64,000 bases of DNA from positions 1-64,000 of the forward strand of contig JBFWNS010000002.1 of the NCBI GenBank assembly GCA_050250935.1. The letters are read 5' to 3'. This DNA comes from Candidatus Margulisiibacteriota bacterium (GTDB lineage Bacteria; Margulisbacteria; Marinamargulisbacteria; JBFWNS01). The notes under the pieces were generated by a model. It saw only the letters and a program-made list of their open reading frames with translations, had not been told where the DNA came from and made no database searches. Positions within the stretch are counted from its first letter, which is position 1. Every line of letters starts with the position of its first letter. This document shows positions 1-9,739 of this stretch, one piece after another. Both the position numbers and the translations under genes were made by a program.

Positions 1-115
1 ACAAGACTATGGACGAATCTGTAATTCTTGGTTTGTTGAAAACGAAGATGCCCTATTAGATGAATACATAAAGTTCATCATTGATAGAAGCGCAACTGGT
101 CTAAAATTTGACTAA
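1..115 (+). CDS. 3' end of a CDS cut by the window edge (possible immunity protein of an upstream Rhs module)
   Basis: Open frame from base 2, QDYGRICNSWFVENEDALLDEYIKFIIDRSATGLKFD*, stops at TAA 113-115; Rhs-like sequence resumes immediately after. Confidence 0.45.
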   Translation, partial: QDYGRICNSWFVENEDALLDEYIKFIIDRSATGLKFD

Positions 116-172
116 AACAATTTAATCACCCAAACCCGGTTCCAATACAACGACGACCCGAATAACCTCAGT

Positions 173-2890
173 TTGTCCATGCAGATCCACACCAGCGATG
201 GCCGCCAAGACAAAGCCATCGAGGGCAAGTTTAATCCCTTTGGCAAACTCTACCAGCTCACCGTTTCCCCAAAAGGGGCTGAATCTTTGACAACCAAATA
301 CACGTATTCGCCTACCTTGGAAATTCTCACCGTTACCGATCCGCTAAACCGAACCACTCGGTATGCCTATGACGAAATAGACCGGTTAACAGATGTCACC
401 AAACCCGATGGCTCTCGACAAAGCATCCAGTATTTCGACAACGCCAACGCCAAAGCCATCACCGATGAAAACGGCAATGTGACGACGTATATGTACGACG
501 GCCGCAACAACCTCATCCAAGTCCGCCTGCCCAACTACCGACCCGCCTCGTATGTCTATGGCGCACTGGGCACGTTACTCAGCGTCACCGACCTTCGGGG
601 CCTAAAAACCACGTTTAGCTACGATGCCAATGCCAATCTCGTTTCAACAACGTTTCCCGACGGCACCCAAGAATCCAACACCTACGACGTACTGGGCAAC
701 CTGCTCTCCCACACCGACCCCAACGGCCAAACCACCCGCTACAACAGCTACGATTCCCAAAAACGCCCCAAAACCGTTTCGTTTGCCGATGGCACCCTGG
801 TCAACTATGCCTATGATGCCGGCTTCAAAGGCAAGGTCTCGGCTATCTCGGTTTCCGGGCCGGATTCCCAAACTATTTCCTATACCTACGATCCTTTTGG
901 AAACATCATCAAACAAACCAAGTCGCTGGGCAACGAGACCTTTACCTTGGAATACCTTTATGACGATTCCGGTCTTCTTTTAAAACAAAAAGACCCGCTC
1001 TCTGGGAATTGGCAGGAATTTAGCTATGACAGCTTGGGACGACTCACCCAAATTCAGTTCCCCATCAACGGCAGCCTTCGGCCGATTGTGAATGACATCC
1101 GCTACAACAAAGCCAATCTCATGTTGGGTTATGCCTTGCCCCTGTCGAACATCACCGCCACCCAGGTCTTTGACCCCCAAAACGACCGCATTAAATCCAT
1201 CGCCTTCACCGGTCCCACCTACCTGTCTTACAAGAACCAGCAAAACGCTGCTATCCTACAGAAAATGAACAAGTTGAACTTGCACCAGTTTAACCAAGAC
1301 CCCGTCGTCACGGGTAACGCCCTGCCGTATTTCACCCAAACCTACACCTACGACCCCGCTGGCAACCGCACACGACTGGTTCAAAAAGAAGCCGCCGACA
1401 CCACCCAATTCACCTACGACTACGACCGCATGAACCAGTTGGTTTCCTATGCCATGAAGGTGAACAACGCCGATCCCGTTGAGTTTAAATACACTTACGA
1501 TTCCCAAGGCAACCGCACCCAACTGATGCAAGGCAGCACCACCCTCACCACCGATTTTGACACCACCACCAACAAACCCAATGGGTATTGGTTCGGTGCC
1601 CAAAAGAACGACGAAAACCATATTGAGTTTTTGTACGACAAGAATGGAAACAGGTTGAATAAACAACTGAAGACAGCGAAAAATGAACTCCTTTTGGACA
1701 TAACTTATGGCTGGAATGCCCAAAACCGCATGACGCGGTATACCCTGAACGGTATTACTCAGACGAACAAATACCAGTTTTCTGGGCCGCGGTATGAGAA
1801 AAAAGAAGCCTCGCCGGAAGGAACCGAAACAACCCGCTTTTACCCCGATGACAGCTTGCGGTTGTTGAGTGAGAAGATTACTGATGCTAAGGGTCAGAAA
1901 AGTTATGCTTATGTGTATTTAGGGACTCAGAAGCTGGCGAGGATTTCTAAGAATGTGGTGACGCAAAAGGATGAAATCTCGTATTTCCTCAATGATGCAC
2001 TAGGCACACCCGCTTGGATTACCTACGAGCACACGGCCTCTCCCAATGCGCCGGTGCTTATTAGCCAAAACCGCCGCGATCCGTGGGGCAACGAAATGGG
2101 CAGTACCTTGTTCAACCAAACCCCCGTTCGAGACTTTACCGGTAAACAACAAGACACCCTCTCCAACCTCTACGACTTTGGTTTCCGTTATTACGACTCC
2201 CTCCTCGGCACTTGGATTGGCAAGGATTTGGTGCCGCCGGACTACACCTCGCCGTTGAGTTTGAATGAGCATTTGTATGCGTTGAATAACCCCACCACTT
2301 ATGTGGATCCAGATGGACGGGAGGCCTATAAAGTTATTATCACTGCTTTTATCCCCTATAAAACGCTCTCAATGCCAGGCCTAGGGTTATTTCACGGAGA
2401 CCATCGTCTCCCCTTTCAAAATGGAAGTTCTCGTATTGGACAAGCAATTGATATTGAAACAAATCCGAAAATCGCTGAAAATCCAACCGTTCATTACAAC
2501 GTCATTGTCGGAAAAACCATCCAGTATTTAGACAACGGAAAAACAGCCGAAGCCGTAGCCACACCTATTTTTGAATACGCCATCAGTCGTACCGCGGCTA
2601 ACGGCGGTGACAATGTACACATCGACGTCACAGGACATGGCTCTAACCCACTTGTTCCTTTTTCTCCTGCCATCGACTACAATTTTTCTATGGATATTAC
2701 CCCTAGAGGCAATGGACTTCCACCCGTCGTCAATCTCTCTGGCGCACATGATGGTTTTCCTGCCTACGAAGTCTACCTCCAAAATCCTGCCGGCAACCTG
2801 ACTCCCGTTTATCAGTTTTTGCCTACACAGAGTAAATTTGCACCATTGCATCTTCTTCCACCTATGGATGTACCTGTAAATGCAAAATAG
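173..2890 (+). CDS. Rhs/YD-repeat polymorphic toxin (N-terminally truncated orphan module) with DUF3238-like C-terminal domain
   Basis: Many YD repeats; Rhs core end FTGKQQD..LYDFGFRYYD..LGTW...YALNNPTTYVDPDG; tip motifs GDHR.F, NPL...PAIDY.F, G.HDGFPAYEVY. TTG start with no clear RBS; frame open from 116. Confidence 0.9.
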   Translation: MSMQIHTSDGRQDKAIEGKFNPFGKLYQLTVSPKGAESLTTKYTYSPTLEILTVTDPLNRTTRYAYDEIDRLTDVTKPDGSRQSIQYFDNANAKAITDENGNVTTYMYDGRNNLIQVRLPNYRPASYVYGALGTLLSVTDLRGLKTTFSYDANANLVSTTFPDGTQESNTYDVLGNLLSHTDPNGQTTRYNSYDSQKRPKTVSFADGTLVNYAYDAGFKGKVSAISVSGPDSQTISYTYDPFGNIIKQTKSLGNETFTLEYLYDDSGLLLKQKDPLSGNWQEFSYDSLGRLTQIQFPINGSLRPIVNDIRYNKANLMLGYALPLSNITATQVFDPQNDRIKSIAFTGPTYLSYKNQQNAAILQKMNKLNLHQFNQDPVVTGNALPYFTQTYTYDPAGNRTRLVQKEAADTTQFTYDYDRMNQLVSYAMKVNNADPVEFKYTYDSQGNRTQLMQGSTTLTTDFDTTTNKPNGYWFGAQKNDENHIEFLYDKNGNRLNKQLKTAKNELLLDITYGWNAQNRMTRYTLNGITQTNKYQFSGPRYEKKEASPEGTETTRFYPDDSLRLLSEKITDAKGQKSYAYVYLGTQKLARISKNVVTQKDEISYFLNDALGTPAWITYEHTASPNAPVLISQNRRDPWGNEMGSTLFNQTPVRDFTGKQQDTLSNLYDFGFRYYDSLLGTWIGKDLVPPDYTSPLSLNEHLYALNNPTTYVDPDGREAYKVIITAFIPYKTLSMPGLGLFHGDHRLPFQNGSSRIGQAIDIETNPKIAENPTVHYNVIVGKTIQYLDNGKTAEAVATPIFEYAISRTAANGGDNVHIDVTGHGSNPLVPFSPAIDYNFSMDITPRGNGLPPVVNLSGAHDGFPAYEVYLQNPAGNLTPVYQFLPTQSKFAPLHLLPPMDVPVNAK

Positions 2891-3278
2891 GCAATGCGAT
2901 AAAGCTAAAAAATATATCTGGATTGCATATGTATTGGCATATTTCTTTTTTTGGATTTGTCTTGAACTTGATTTTGATCCATTCCCCATTTTCCCAAAAA
3001 AAGAAGGCACTTACTATATAGTGCCCTGGCTTGCGATCTTTTACTTCATATATGGGATTTTTTTTGGAGTTCTATACAAACTAAAAAAAGAGCAGAGCGC
3101 CTCCGAAAAAAACGCTTTTTTACCAGTAGTTATATATGGGTTAACATCAGGCGTTCTTTTTGCCGGCACGTTTCTTATGTCTGCCAAATTTTTTATTATT
3201 GTTAGCATAACATATATGGTCTTTTTCCCAGCGGCGGCTCTGTATTACGCAATCACATTCGTTTTCAAGGAAAGATAA
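2880..3278 (+). CDS. Small membrane protein, putative cognate immunity protein
   Basis: Overlaps the Rhs stop, AT-rich, about 4 hydrophobic segments. Confidence 0.6.
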   Translation: MQNRQCDKAKKYIWIAYVLAYFFFWICLELDFDPFPIFPKKEGTYYIVPWLAIFYFIYGIFFGVLYKLKKEQSASEKNAFLPVVIYGLTSGVLFAGTFLMSAKFFIIVSITYMVFFPAAALYYAITFVFKER

Positions 3279-3282
3279 GCCC

Positions 3283-3420
3283 TTGAACTTGCCGCAGTTT
3301 GAAAAAAATTCGGTGGTTACCGGCAACAACCTCGTATATTTCACCCAAACCTACAGCTTCGATGCGGCGGGAAACAGAACCCAACTGGTTCAAAAAAAAG
3401 CAATGGCACATACCAATTCA
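3283..3420 (+). pseudogene. Rhs core remnant
   Basis: Translates LNLPQFEKNSVVTGNNLVYFTQTYSFDAAGNRTQLVQKKA, matching LNLHQFNQDPVVTGNALPYFTQTYTYDPAGNRTRLVQKEA at ~1274-1393; no RBS/ATG start. Confidence 0.85.
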
Positions 3421-4194
3421 ACTACCGATAAAACCAGTCACAAAGGAGAATGCTGTGATTAAAACCCCTATCAAAATCACAACAATTTCCACAAAGCTAT
3501 ACTTATGCGCCTTAAAATCCGGCCCATTAGCTTCTTGGTTATAATAATTGATCGCTTTTTGCACCGTATATAAAGGCAGAATCCCAAAAATTAGGGTAAC
3601 AATACAAATAGTAATGAAAAGACCAGTATGTTGTTCAAGTGATGGAACCCTTTCCAAAACCTTATTCAAAAATAGCCTGCAAATTAATAAAAAAGCTAAC
3701 CATCTTGCCGAATACTTTTGAGAGTAGCCCTTCCCGATAGCCCGCATTAATACCTTCTTAAATAGGTCATAGCAAAAAAATATGTAAAATAATGATCTGA
3801 TAATTGGCATGATGTTCGGACTTTCATACTTTTTTTCAGCTTCCCAATTTTTATAAAACCAAAATATTCCGTAGATTCCCGAAGTTATCACTAACAGAAA
3901 CACCAATTTTTTGGGTGAAATACCAAAGTACTTTACTTCCACTTCTTTTATTTGATTCTCTTCTGTTACATTTAAAGCGTTTTTTTCATCCCTAGGCTGT
4001 TTTGTACTAGGATTATTAGCCCACCAACCCAGTGTATAAAAAAATAAAAGGACTGGAACAAGCCATAACAATAAAAAAGGAAAACCAGAGGGCCAGTTTT
4101 GATCCATCAAAAAAATCGAATCCCCCAGTATAAAAATCACACCAAACACCCAAAGTGCTAATACTTGCTCTTTTGTAATGCTGTAGTACTTCAT
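3418..4194 (-). CDS. Membrane protein, DUF4234-like
   Basis: ITSGIYGIFWFYKNW motif, several TM segments, AT-rich, AAGGGG upstream. Confidence 0.6.
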   Translation of the reverse strand: MKYYSITKEQVLALWVFGVIFILGDSIFLMDQNWPSGFPFLLLWLVPVLLFFYTLGWWANNPSTKQPRDEKNALNVTEENQIKEVEVKYFGISPKKLVFLLVITSGIYGIFWFYKNWEAEKKYESPNIMPIIRSLFYIFFCYDLFKKVLMRAIGKGYSQKYSARWLAFLLICRLFLNKVLERVPSLEQHTGLFITICIVTLIFGILPLYTVQKAINYYNQEANGPDFKAHKYSFVEIVVILIGVLITAFSFVTGFIGS

Positions 4195-4301
4195 ATGGCT
4201 GATAATTTCCCCTTTATTTTTTAAATATTAATTGACACTATGTATAACATAAATTCATATACTCAAGAAGTTAATCTACTCACCTTAGTACCCCTTTAAA
4301 T

Positions 4302-5960
4302 TTACCGACTATACTGCCAATCCAACCGATGCCAGAGACCTTTGGGTGGTGGGCCGACTAAATCCAGATCGTTTTCGTGATAGGGAAACTGAAACGCCAA
4401 AGGGCGTTCTACCAAATGATAATAAGAGGCATTGGTGGTTTCAATTCGCCATCTCAATCGGTCATCTCCTGCTTCGCCTTGGTGGTTTACCCGATAGACC
4501 ATAGCCCTTACACTTTGGGGCGTTTGCATTAACCGCCACTCGTGGTAGGACTGTTTCCAGACAGCTCCAATTTCATTTAGGCTCCCCAAAATCATGATGG
4601 CGCACCAAAACACAACAAATTTTCGCAATTTTCCAGGGGGAATCACGGGCAACTGGTCGCTGTATCGACCCAAGGTGACTAGCCCAATGGCAACAGGCAA
4701 AATCGAGGCTCGCATGGCATAGTTGTTGTAAATGCCATAGCCAACAAAAAAAGTACTTAAAACCATCAGCACCGCCAGGGTTAGCAACACCCGATCTTCG
4801 GATTGAATCTGAATTTTATTGCGCCACATCCGAACCCCCAAAGCAACCGGAACAGAAAATTCCATGACCACCAAAATTAAAAAAACAAGGCCGCTGACCA
4901 CCCAATTAGAGACGGTCCACCCTGTGGGAAAAATAGCCAAGATATTGAAAAAGAATCGAAAATCGGATTTTTTTTGCAGATACATCCAAATCATTGGCGA
5001 CACCAAAACAAGCATTGTAAAAGCACTGAGTAATCCTTGTCGAAAAGCCCATTTTCGGTGGACCCACAGGGCATAAACGCCTAAAGGAGCCGCCCCCAAA
5101 CAAACAAAGGGACTGCTCATTAAGGCAAAAGCTGCCAAGCCACCGATACAAACACCCTCTCGCCAGGCCAAGATTTTGCACGGATCGGCCTGCCGAAGAT
5201 AGCGATACGCCAAAACCAAGGCCAGGGCGGCCAAAACATGGTGCATCACCCACAGCAACAGCGTCGTAAACGCAGAAAACTGGACATAGATATGATAATG
5301 CCCCATCCAGTTTTCATGAGAGACCAAGGGAAACGAGAGCACATTAAACGACTGCATCCCAGCATGACCCACCACCAAAAATACCATTGCCCAATACTGG
5401 CTCCGAGACCCTGCCGTCGCACCAATCAACCCAAATACACAAGGAACCACCAATAGCGCATAGGCCCCATACCCCAAAGCATAGGCCAATTTAACCGAAG
5501 CCCAAGACAAAGGAAGACAGGAAAAAAGTGCCCCCATCATCATCCACGGTGCATAATAAAACAACAAATAATCCCGCTGAAACATCCCATAAAGGGGTGG
5601 AAATTGCCTGGACTTCACCAAAGAAACAATTTCTTGGATATGCCAAGCGTCATCGCCAGTAACACCAGCCGACACCTGGTGGACAACCCCCTCATAGCAA
5701 TAGGGGAATCGAGCAAAAGCCACAGTTATCATCAAAAAGAGAACAATCAACAAAGACCAGAGCCAGTCCCTACGTGAGGGACGCCATCTCAATTCAAAGC
5801 GTGGAAGCGGCGCCATTGCAATACTACAAACAAACAAAAAACCAAAAACCAAACCCAAACGATCTGACGAAAATCCCATTACCGTCATCGCCATCATAGA
5901 CGCAACATTCGCCAATAACAGTCCCACCAAAAACCGGGTTATTCCAGAAACCAGTTTCAT
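4302..5960 (-). CDS. Polytopic membrane protein, possibly GT-C-fold glycosyltransferase/surface modification enzyme
   Basis: More than 10 hydrophobic segments; acidic DD pair (GDDAWH) in an early loop followed by P...Y.YY. Confidence 0.5.
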   Translation of the reverse strand: MKLVSGITRFLVGLLLANVASMMAMTVMGFSSDRLGLVFGFLFVCSIAMAPLPRFELRWRPSRRDWLWSLLIVLFLMITVAFARFPYCYEGVVHQVSAGVTGDDAWHIQEIVSLVKSRQFPPLYGMFQRDYLLFYYAPWMMMGALFSCLPLSWASVKLAYALGYGAYALLVVPCVFGLIGATAGSRSQYWAMVFLVVGHAGMQSFNVLSFPLVSHENWMGHYHIYVQFSAFTTLLLWVMHHVLAALALVLAYRYLRQADPCKILAWREGVCIGGLAAFALMSSPFVCLGAAPLGVYALWVHRKWAFRQGLLSAFTMLVLVSPMIWMYLQKKSDFRFFFNILAIFPTGWTVSNWVVSGLVFLILVVMEFSVPVALGVRMWRNKIQIQSEDRVLLTLAVLMVLSTFFVGYGIYNNYAMRASILPVAIGLVTLGRYSDQLPVIPPGKLRKFVVFWCAIMILGSLNEIGAVWKQSYHEWRLMQTPQSVRAMVYRVNHQGEAGDDRLRWRIETTNASYYHLVERPLAFQFPYHENDLDLVGPPPKGLWHRLDWQYSR

Positions 5961-5986
5961 ACCATCAGCCTTCCAGAAATGCCTGT

Positions 5987-6682
5987 TTACGATGAATAGG
6001 CTTCTGGCTCTTTATACAAAATACAAATGGAAACCCTCTCGTCGCTATCGGTCGTAAAGTGAGTGTCGCTGTGGGAAAGACTTTCTTTTGCAATTAGATA
6101 ATAATGTCCACCCGCTGTAAAAAAATCGGAATAAGACGTTTTAAAGGAAAGCAATCCTGGTTTGTGGTGATAAGGGCGCTGGTGTCTTTGTTTGGGGTCA
6201 AAATCGAGGATCACAAGAAAGCCACCGTTTTTTAGCACCCGGTCTGCTTCGGAGACGGCCCTAAACACCTCTTCTCTTCCGACCAAATACAAGCAAAAGC
6301 CAAAATAGACCAAATCAAAAGCATCGTCGTTAAATGGAAGCTTGGCTGCGGTTCCCACAGAAAGATCTAGCTGTTTGTATTTGTCCCGGCCGTCTTTTAC
6401 GGCAGCCGGCGAAGGATCAACACCCGAGCCCTTGGCTTTAAAGAAGGCGCATAAATCGTTCAGGTTTGTACCATTGGAACATCCGATTTCGAGAATGTGG
6501 TTGATATCCGCTTGAAAGTTTTGAAGCACTCGCTTGATTACATCGGTTTCGTAGAAGCTCGATTTTCCATTGACTGCTGCCTTGTTTCGTTCAAACCAGC
6601 CATCCCCTTCGCTCTCTAAAAATACCGTAGACTGACTTGGGCGTGATGCTGACTTTTCGGGTTGATTGCTATTGATTGCCAT
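5987..6682 (-). CDS. Class I SAM-dependent methyltransferase
   Basis: ILEIGCSNG motif I, GVDPS, LPF.DDAFDLV, RVLK.GG; ATG 6682 preceded by AGGAG. Confidence 0.85.
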   Translation of the reverse strand: MAINSNQPEKSASRPSQSTVFLESEGDGWFERNKAAVNGKSSFYETDVIKRVLQNFQADINHILEIGCSNGTNLNDLCAFFKAKGSGVDPSPAAVKDGRDKYKQLDLSVGTAAKLPFNDDAFDLVYFGFCLYLVGREEVFRAVSEADRVLKNGGFLVILDFDPKQRHQRPYHHKPGLLSFKTSYSDFFTAGGHYYLIAKESLSHSDTHFTTDSDERVSICILYKEPEAYSS

Positions 6683-6698
6683 TATTGTTGCTCCTGTT

Positions 6699-7433
6699 TT
6701 ACATCGCGTAACTGACCAAAATCGAGACGACACCATTGTAAATTTCTGGGTCCGCCAAAACCTTTGCCAGCCCTTTCGAGTAGCGGGCTTCTGCTTTCCA
6801 TTCATGGGTGCCAATTTGGAAGGGAATGGCCAATCCTGCCGTTAAGCCATAATCAAATTTGTTAAAATCATTGCTCAACGTCACAGAATAGCCCCCCGAA
6901 CTTGCCGACTGATTAATGGCATAGCCCACATAAGGGCCAAACAAAAATTGCGGACCAAATCCCGTGTGATAAGACAATAAAAGCGGAACTTCAATATACG
7001 TAAAGCTATAATTAACCCCCACGCCATTAACCGTATAGCTAAAACCCTTACCAGAAAGCGCAAGCTCGGCATCAATCCACCACTCAGGGGAAAACTTTTG
7101 TTCTGCAAATAAGGACAAATAGGCCGTGCCCAGCGTCCCAGCATTACGAACAGTGTCTGGCGCTAACCCGATAGCCAGACCGGCCTTGTATCCGTATTTG
7201 AGGGTTTGTTGCTCAAGTTTGTTTGTATAGGTGATCGTTTGAGTGGGTGTTTGAGCCTTTAATTTCTCCTTTTCTTCTGAATACTGCATAAATTTTCGAT
7301 ACTTCAGAAACTCTTCGTAGTCTTTGTCCTTTGTGTTTGCTGCTGCAGGATTTTCCGTTGGGGCAATCGATTGCGAAAAAATCGGGGTCACCGCCAACAT
7401 AATCAAAAGAACCATTCCCAATATTTTTTTCAT
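6699..7433 (-). CDS. Outer-membrane beta-barrel protein (PorT/OMP_b-brl-like)
   Basis: Signal peptide; YGYKAGL, YIEVPLLL, GPYVGY, FDYGLTAG, EARYSKGL; amphipathic C-terminal strand. Confidence 0.8.
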   Translation of the reverse strand: MKKILGMVLLIMLAVTPIFSQSIAPTENPAAANTKDKDYEEFLKYRKFMQYSEEKEKLKAQTPTQTITYTNKLEQQTLKYGYKAGLAIGLAPDTVRNAGTLGTAYLSLFAEQKFSPEWWIDAELALSGKGFSYTVNGVGVNYSFTYIEVPLLLSYHTGFGPQFLFGPYVGYAINQSASSGGYSVTLSNDFNKFDYGLTAGLAIPFQIGTHEWKAEARYSKGLAKVLADPEIYNGVVSILVSYAM

Positions 7434-7443
7434 CTATACTCTC

Positions 7444-8259
7444 CTATTTCATTTCGATTTTTTTGAGCATCGCCACCACATCCGTCTGTAATTCGGACAC
7501 AGTTTTTTCTATGACCTCTCGGTTTTTTCCTGACAAATTAAAGCGATTGGTATTCGGCTCATAATCCACATCTTGAGAGACACGGGTTAAATACTGATCA
7601 AAAACTATCTCGCCATTTGAATTCACAAGGGTTAAGCCAACAAAAACCCTCACTTTTTCGCGGTCACCTGAAAATGGCCACTGAAAGGGATTGCGGTATC
7701 GGTACCGTTTAAAGGAAAACCATAGCTCCCCTACTGCTTCTACATTCAGCTCGTCGCAAAGAATTTTGGCTATCTTTTTGTCTTTAATGGCAATGCGACG
7801 ATAAGGGGGCGGAATAAAGACAACAGGATCTTCCTTTATACCTTCGATTGCGTTATACGTCGGATTCTTATAAAACTGATCTATCGTTACAATTTTTCCA
7901 GGAAACCGCTGTGTAAGCGCAGCGATCACACCCTGCTCTTGATTAAACAAAAAGTGGGTTTCTACTTCCTTAAGCTCGGATACCGACTTCCCTTCTGCAG
8001 GGGCGTCAACGATTTCGGAGGCAATTCTAAATATCCCCAGCGGATCAAAATGTTGTCCGCTTTGAATTTCGTAGTAACTAAAACTCTCCCCCTCTCTTTC
8101 TGGGGAACAGCCAACCAAGGGCCAATCAATTCGAGTTGTAGCCGATACAATCGCAATCTTTTTAGCTCGAATATCAGGAAGTCGAGACTCTTGATTACAC
8201 CCAGAAATCAACATTACGGTAAGGCACATCACGCCCAACACACCCATTTTCACTTTCAT
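7444..8259 (-). CDS. Lipoprotein of unknown function
   Basis: Lipobox ISGC after a hydrophobic leader; GGAGG RBS. Confidence 0.65.
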   Translation of the reverse strand: MKVKMGVLGVMCLTVMLISGCNQESRLPDIRAKKIAIVSATTRIDWPLVGCSPEREGESFSYYEIQSGQHFDPLGIFRIASEIVDAPAEGKSVSELKEVETHFLFNQEQGVIAALTQRFPGKIVTIDQFYKNPTYNAIEGIKEDPVVFIPPPYRRIAIKDKKIAKILCDELNVEAVGELWFSFKRYRYRNPFQWPFSGDREKVRVFVGLTLVNSNGEIVFDQYLTRVSQDVDYEPNTNRFNLSGKNREVIEKTVSELQTDVVAMLKKIEMK

Positions 8260-8443
8260 TAGCCCTCCGTTTTCCTTACATAAATTTTAGTTAGGTAAGT
8301 TTTTAACATGCAATATTAATTTATTCAATGCAAATTTTAATAGCAGTTTATTTTTATATCAATAATCTTTCTGCCACCTCCCTAAACTTTGAGCGATTGA
8401 TACTTATATTGACCACCGGAAAGCAATTGGGGTTTAATCCCTA

Positions 8444-8863
8444 TTGATGTCGAATATTAAGAATCGCTTTATATCCCGGATGTTGCTGGGAAGTCTGTTT
8501 GTTGTTACAACCCTTTTGTCTGGGTGCGGGGATGGGCCTATCGAAGCCCCCATTCGATACAAATATTCCACTGTTTCGAAAGAAACCCTGGTTTCGTCTT
8601 TTAAGGCCACGATTCAGCAGGTTGGATTGAACACGCTCTTGATCAAGGAAGAAAACGGTCTTTTTATTTTGCAAAACACCAACCGGGTGGCTCCGGCTCA
8701 AGCTGTTATTCGGCTTACCCCGTCTCAAAACAGCACCATTGTGACCGTGGAAACGGTTAAATTTAGCTTTGAACCCAAACAGTTTTCTGGGACTGGGGAC
8801 TATGCCAGGCTATTTGAAACCTTGAACAAAACCATTGGCGTAACCCCAGAGAGGCTACCTTAA
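8444..8863 (+). CDS. Putative lipoprotein
   Basis: LSGC lipobox; abuts the next ORF (TAATG). Confidence 0.6.
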   Translation: MMSNIKNRFISRMLLGSLFVVTTLLSGCGDGPIEAPIRYKYSTVSKETLVSSFKATIQQVGLNTLLIKEENGLFILQNTNRVAPAQAVIRLTPSQNSTIVTVETVKFSFEPKQFSGTGDYARLFETLNKTIGVTPERLP

Positions 8864-9375
8864 TGAACTCCCGATGTCGCTGGATTTGCTGTGTCTTGTT
8901 TCTGGTCTGCCCAACCCTGACTTTCGCCTTTTCCTACTCGCCACCTATTGCCATCGACTACACTGCGATGCGGATGCAACAAGTCCAGAATGCCGCCAAT
9001 GAAACCGCGGCTATCAGTTCCCTTATGGAATTTTTAGAAAGTCCTGCCACAACCAGTTGCACCATTGAAGTTCCCAAAGACACAACGCTAGACGAAACCT
9101 TTGCCAAAACGCTGGGGGCGGCAGCCTTGTCTTGGGCCATTTTGAGCGCCGATTCCAAAGCTCGCATCATGACTGTTCTTCCCCAATTCGAATTGGGCAG
9201 GCACGATGTTTTTAACCCCAGCAGCCCCTATTTGAGTACGGTAAAAGTCCTCCCTGCCGAGACGACCACGGTTATTCAAGTGACACTCTGCGCCAAAAAG
9301 CGGTTTCGCAGCCAATCCTTGTCATGGTTTATCAATCGGTTAAAACAGGACTACCCCTCGCTGGTTATTCAATAG
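8863..9375 (+). CDS. Hypothetical exported protein
   Basis: Signal-peptide-like N-terminus ending FAFS; coupled to the upstream ORF. Confidence 0.55.
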   Translation: MNSRCRWICCVLFLVCPTLTFAFSYSPPIAIDYTAMRMQQVQNAANETAAISSLMEFLESPATTSCTIEVPKDTTLDETFAKTLGAAALSWAILSADSKARIMTVLPQFELGRHDVFNPSSPYLSTVKVLPAETTTVIQVTLCAKKRFRSQSLSWFINRLKQDYPSLVIQ

Positions 9376-9405
9376 TCGCAGGGGCTTGCGTGTGGCCTGA
9401 TTGGG

Positions 9406-9699
9406 CTAGATGAGCCCAAATTTCTGAGCAGCGTAGCGTAATAGCGTACCTTCTTTTGGTTGGAGGCCTCCATTTTTAGGTACCTTTTTCGACACCGCTT
9501 CTCGCAATCTCTGGCGTGTTTCTTCGCCATCAAGATCAAAACATTGGTCAATGGTAAATCGGTTGGCAGGGGTATTTTTTGCAGACAAAAAAGAATCGAA
9601 GTCGAGTCTCGACAACATACTTCGCCCTAAAGATTTTGGCCCCTGAGGTTTTCCCTGCCCCGGGACTGCAATGATTTTGAAATAAACAAAGGGTTTCAT
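9406..9699 (-). CDS. Small hypothetical protein downstream of the ADP-ribosyltransferase
   Basis: 97-aa ORF 40 bp after the ART stop; N-terminus resembles that of the ART. Confidence 0.5.
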   Translation of the reverse strand: MKPFVYFKIIAVPGQGKPQGPKSLGRSMLSRLDFDSFLSAKNTPANRFTIDQCFDLDGEETRQRLREAVSKKVPKNGGLQPKEGTLLRYAAQKFGLI

Positions 9700-9739
9700 T
9701 AAACAGGGCTTTCTTATTGGGTGTTCTTGGGTGTTTTGA

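Noticed and set aside
9700..9739. Fifth sigma28-like promoter (CCCAATAA) before 9699
   Set aside because: -10 lacks the CGAT core and no -35 at the right spacing; part of an AACACCCAA direct repeat
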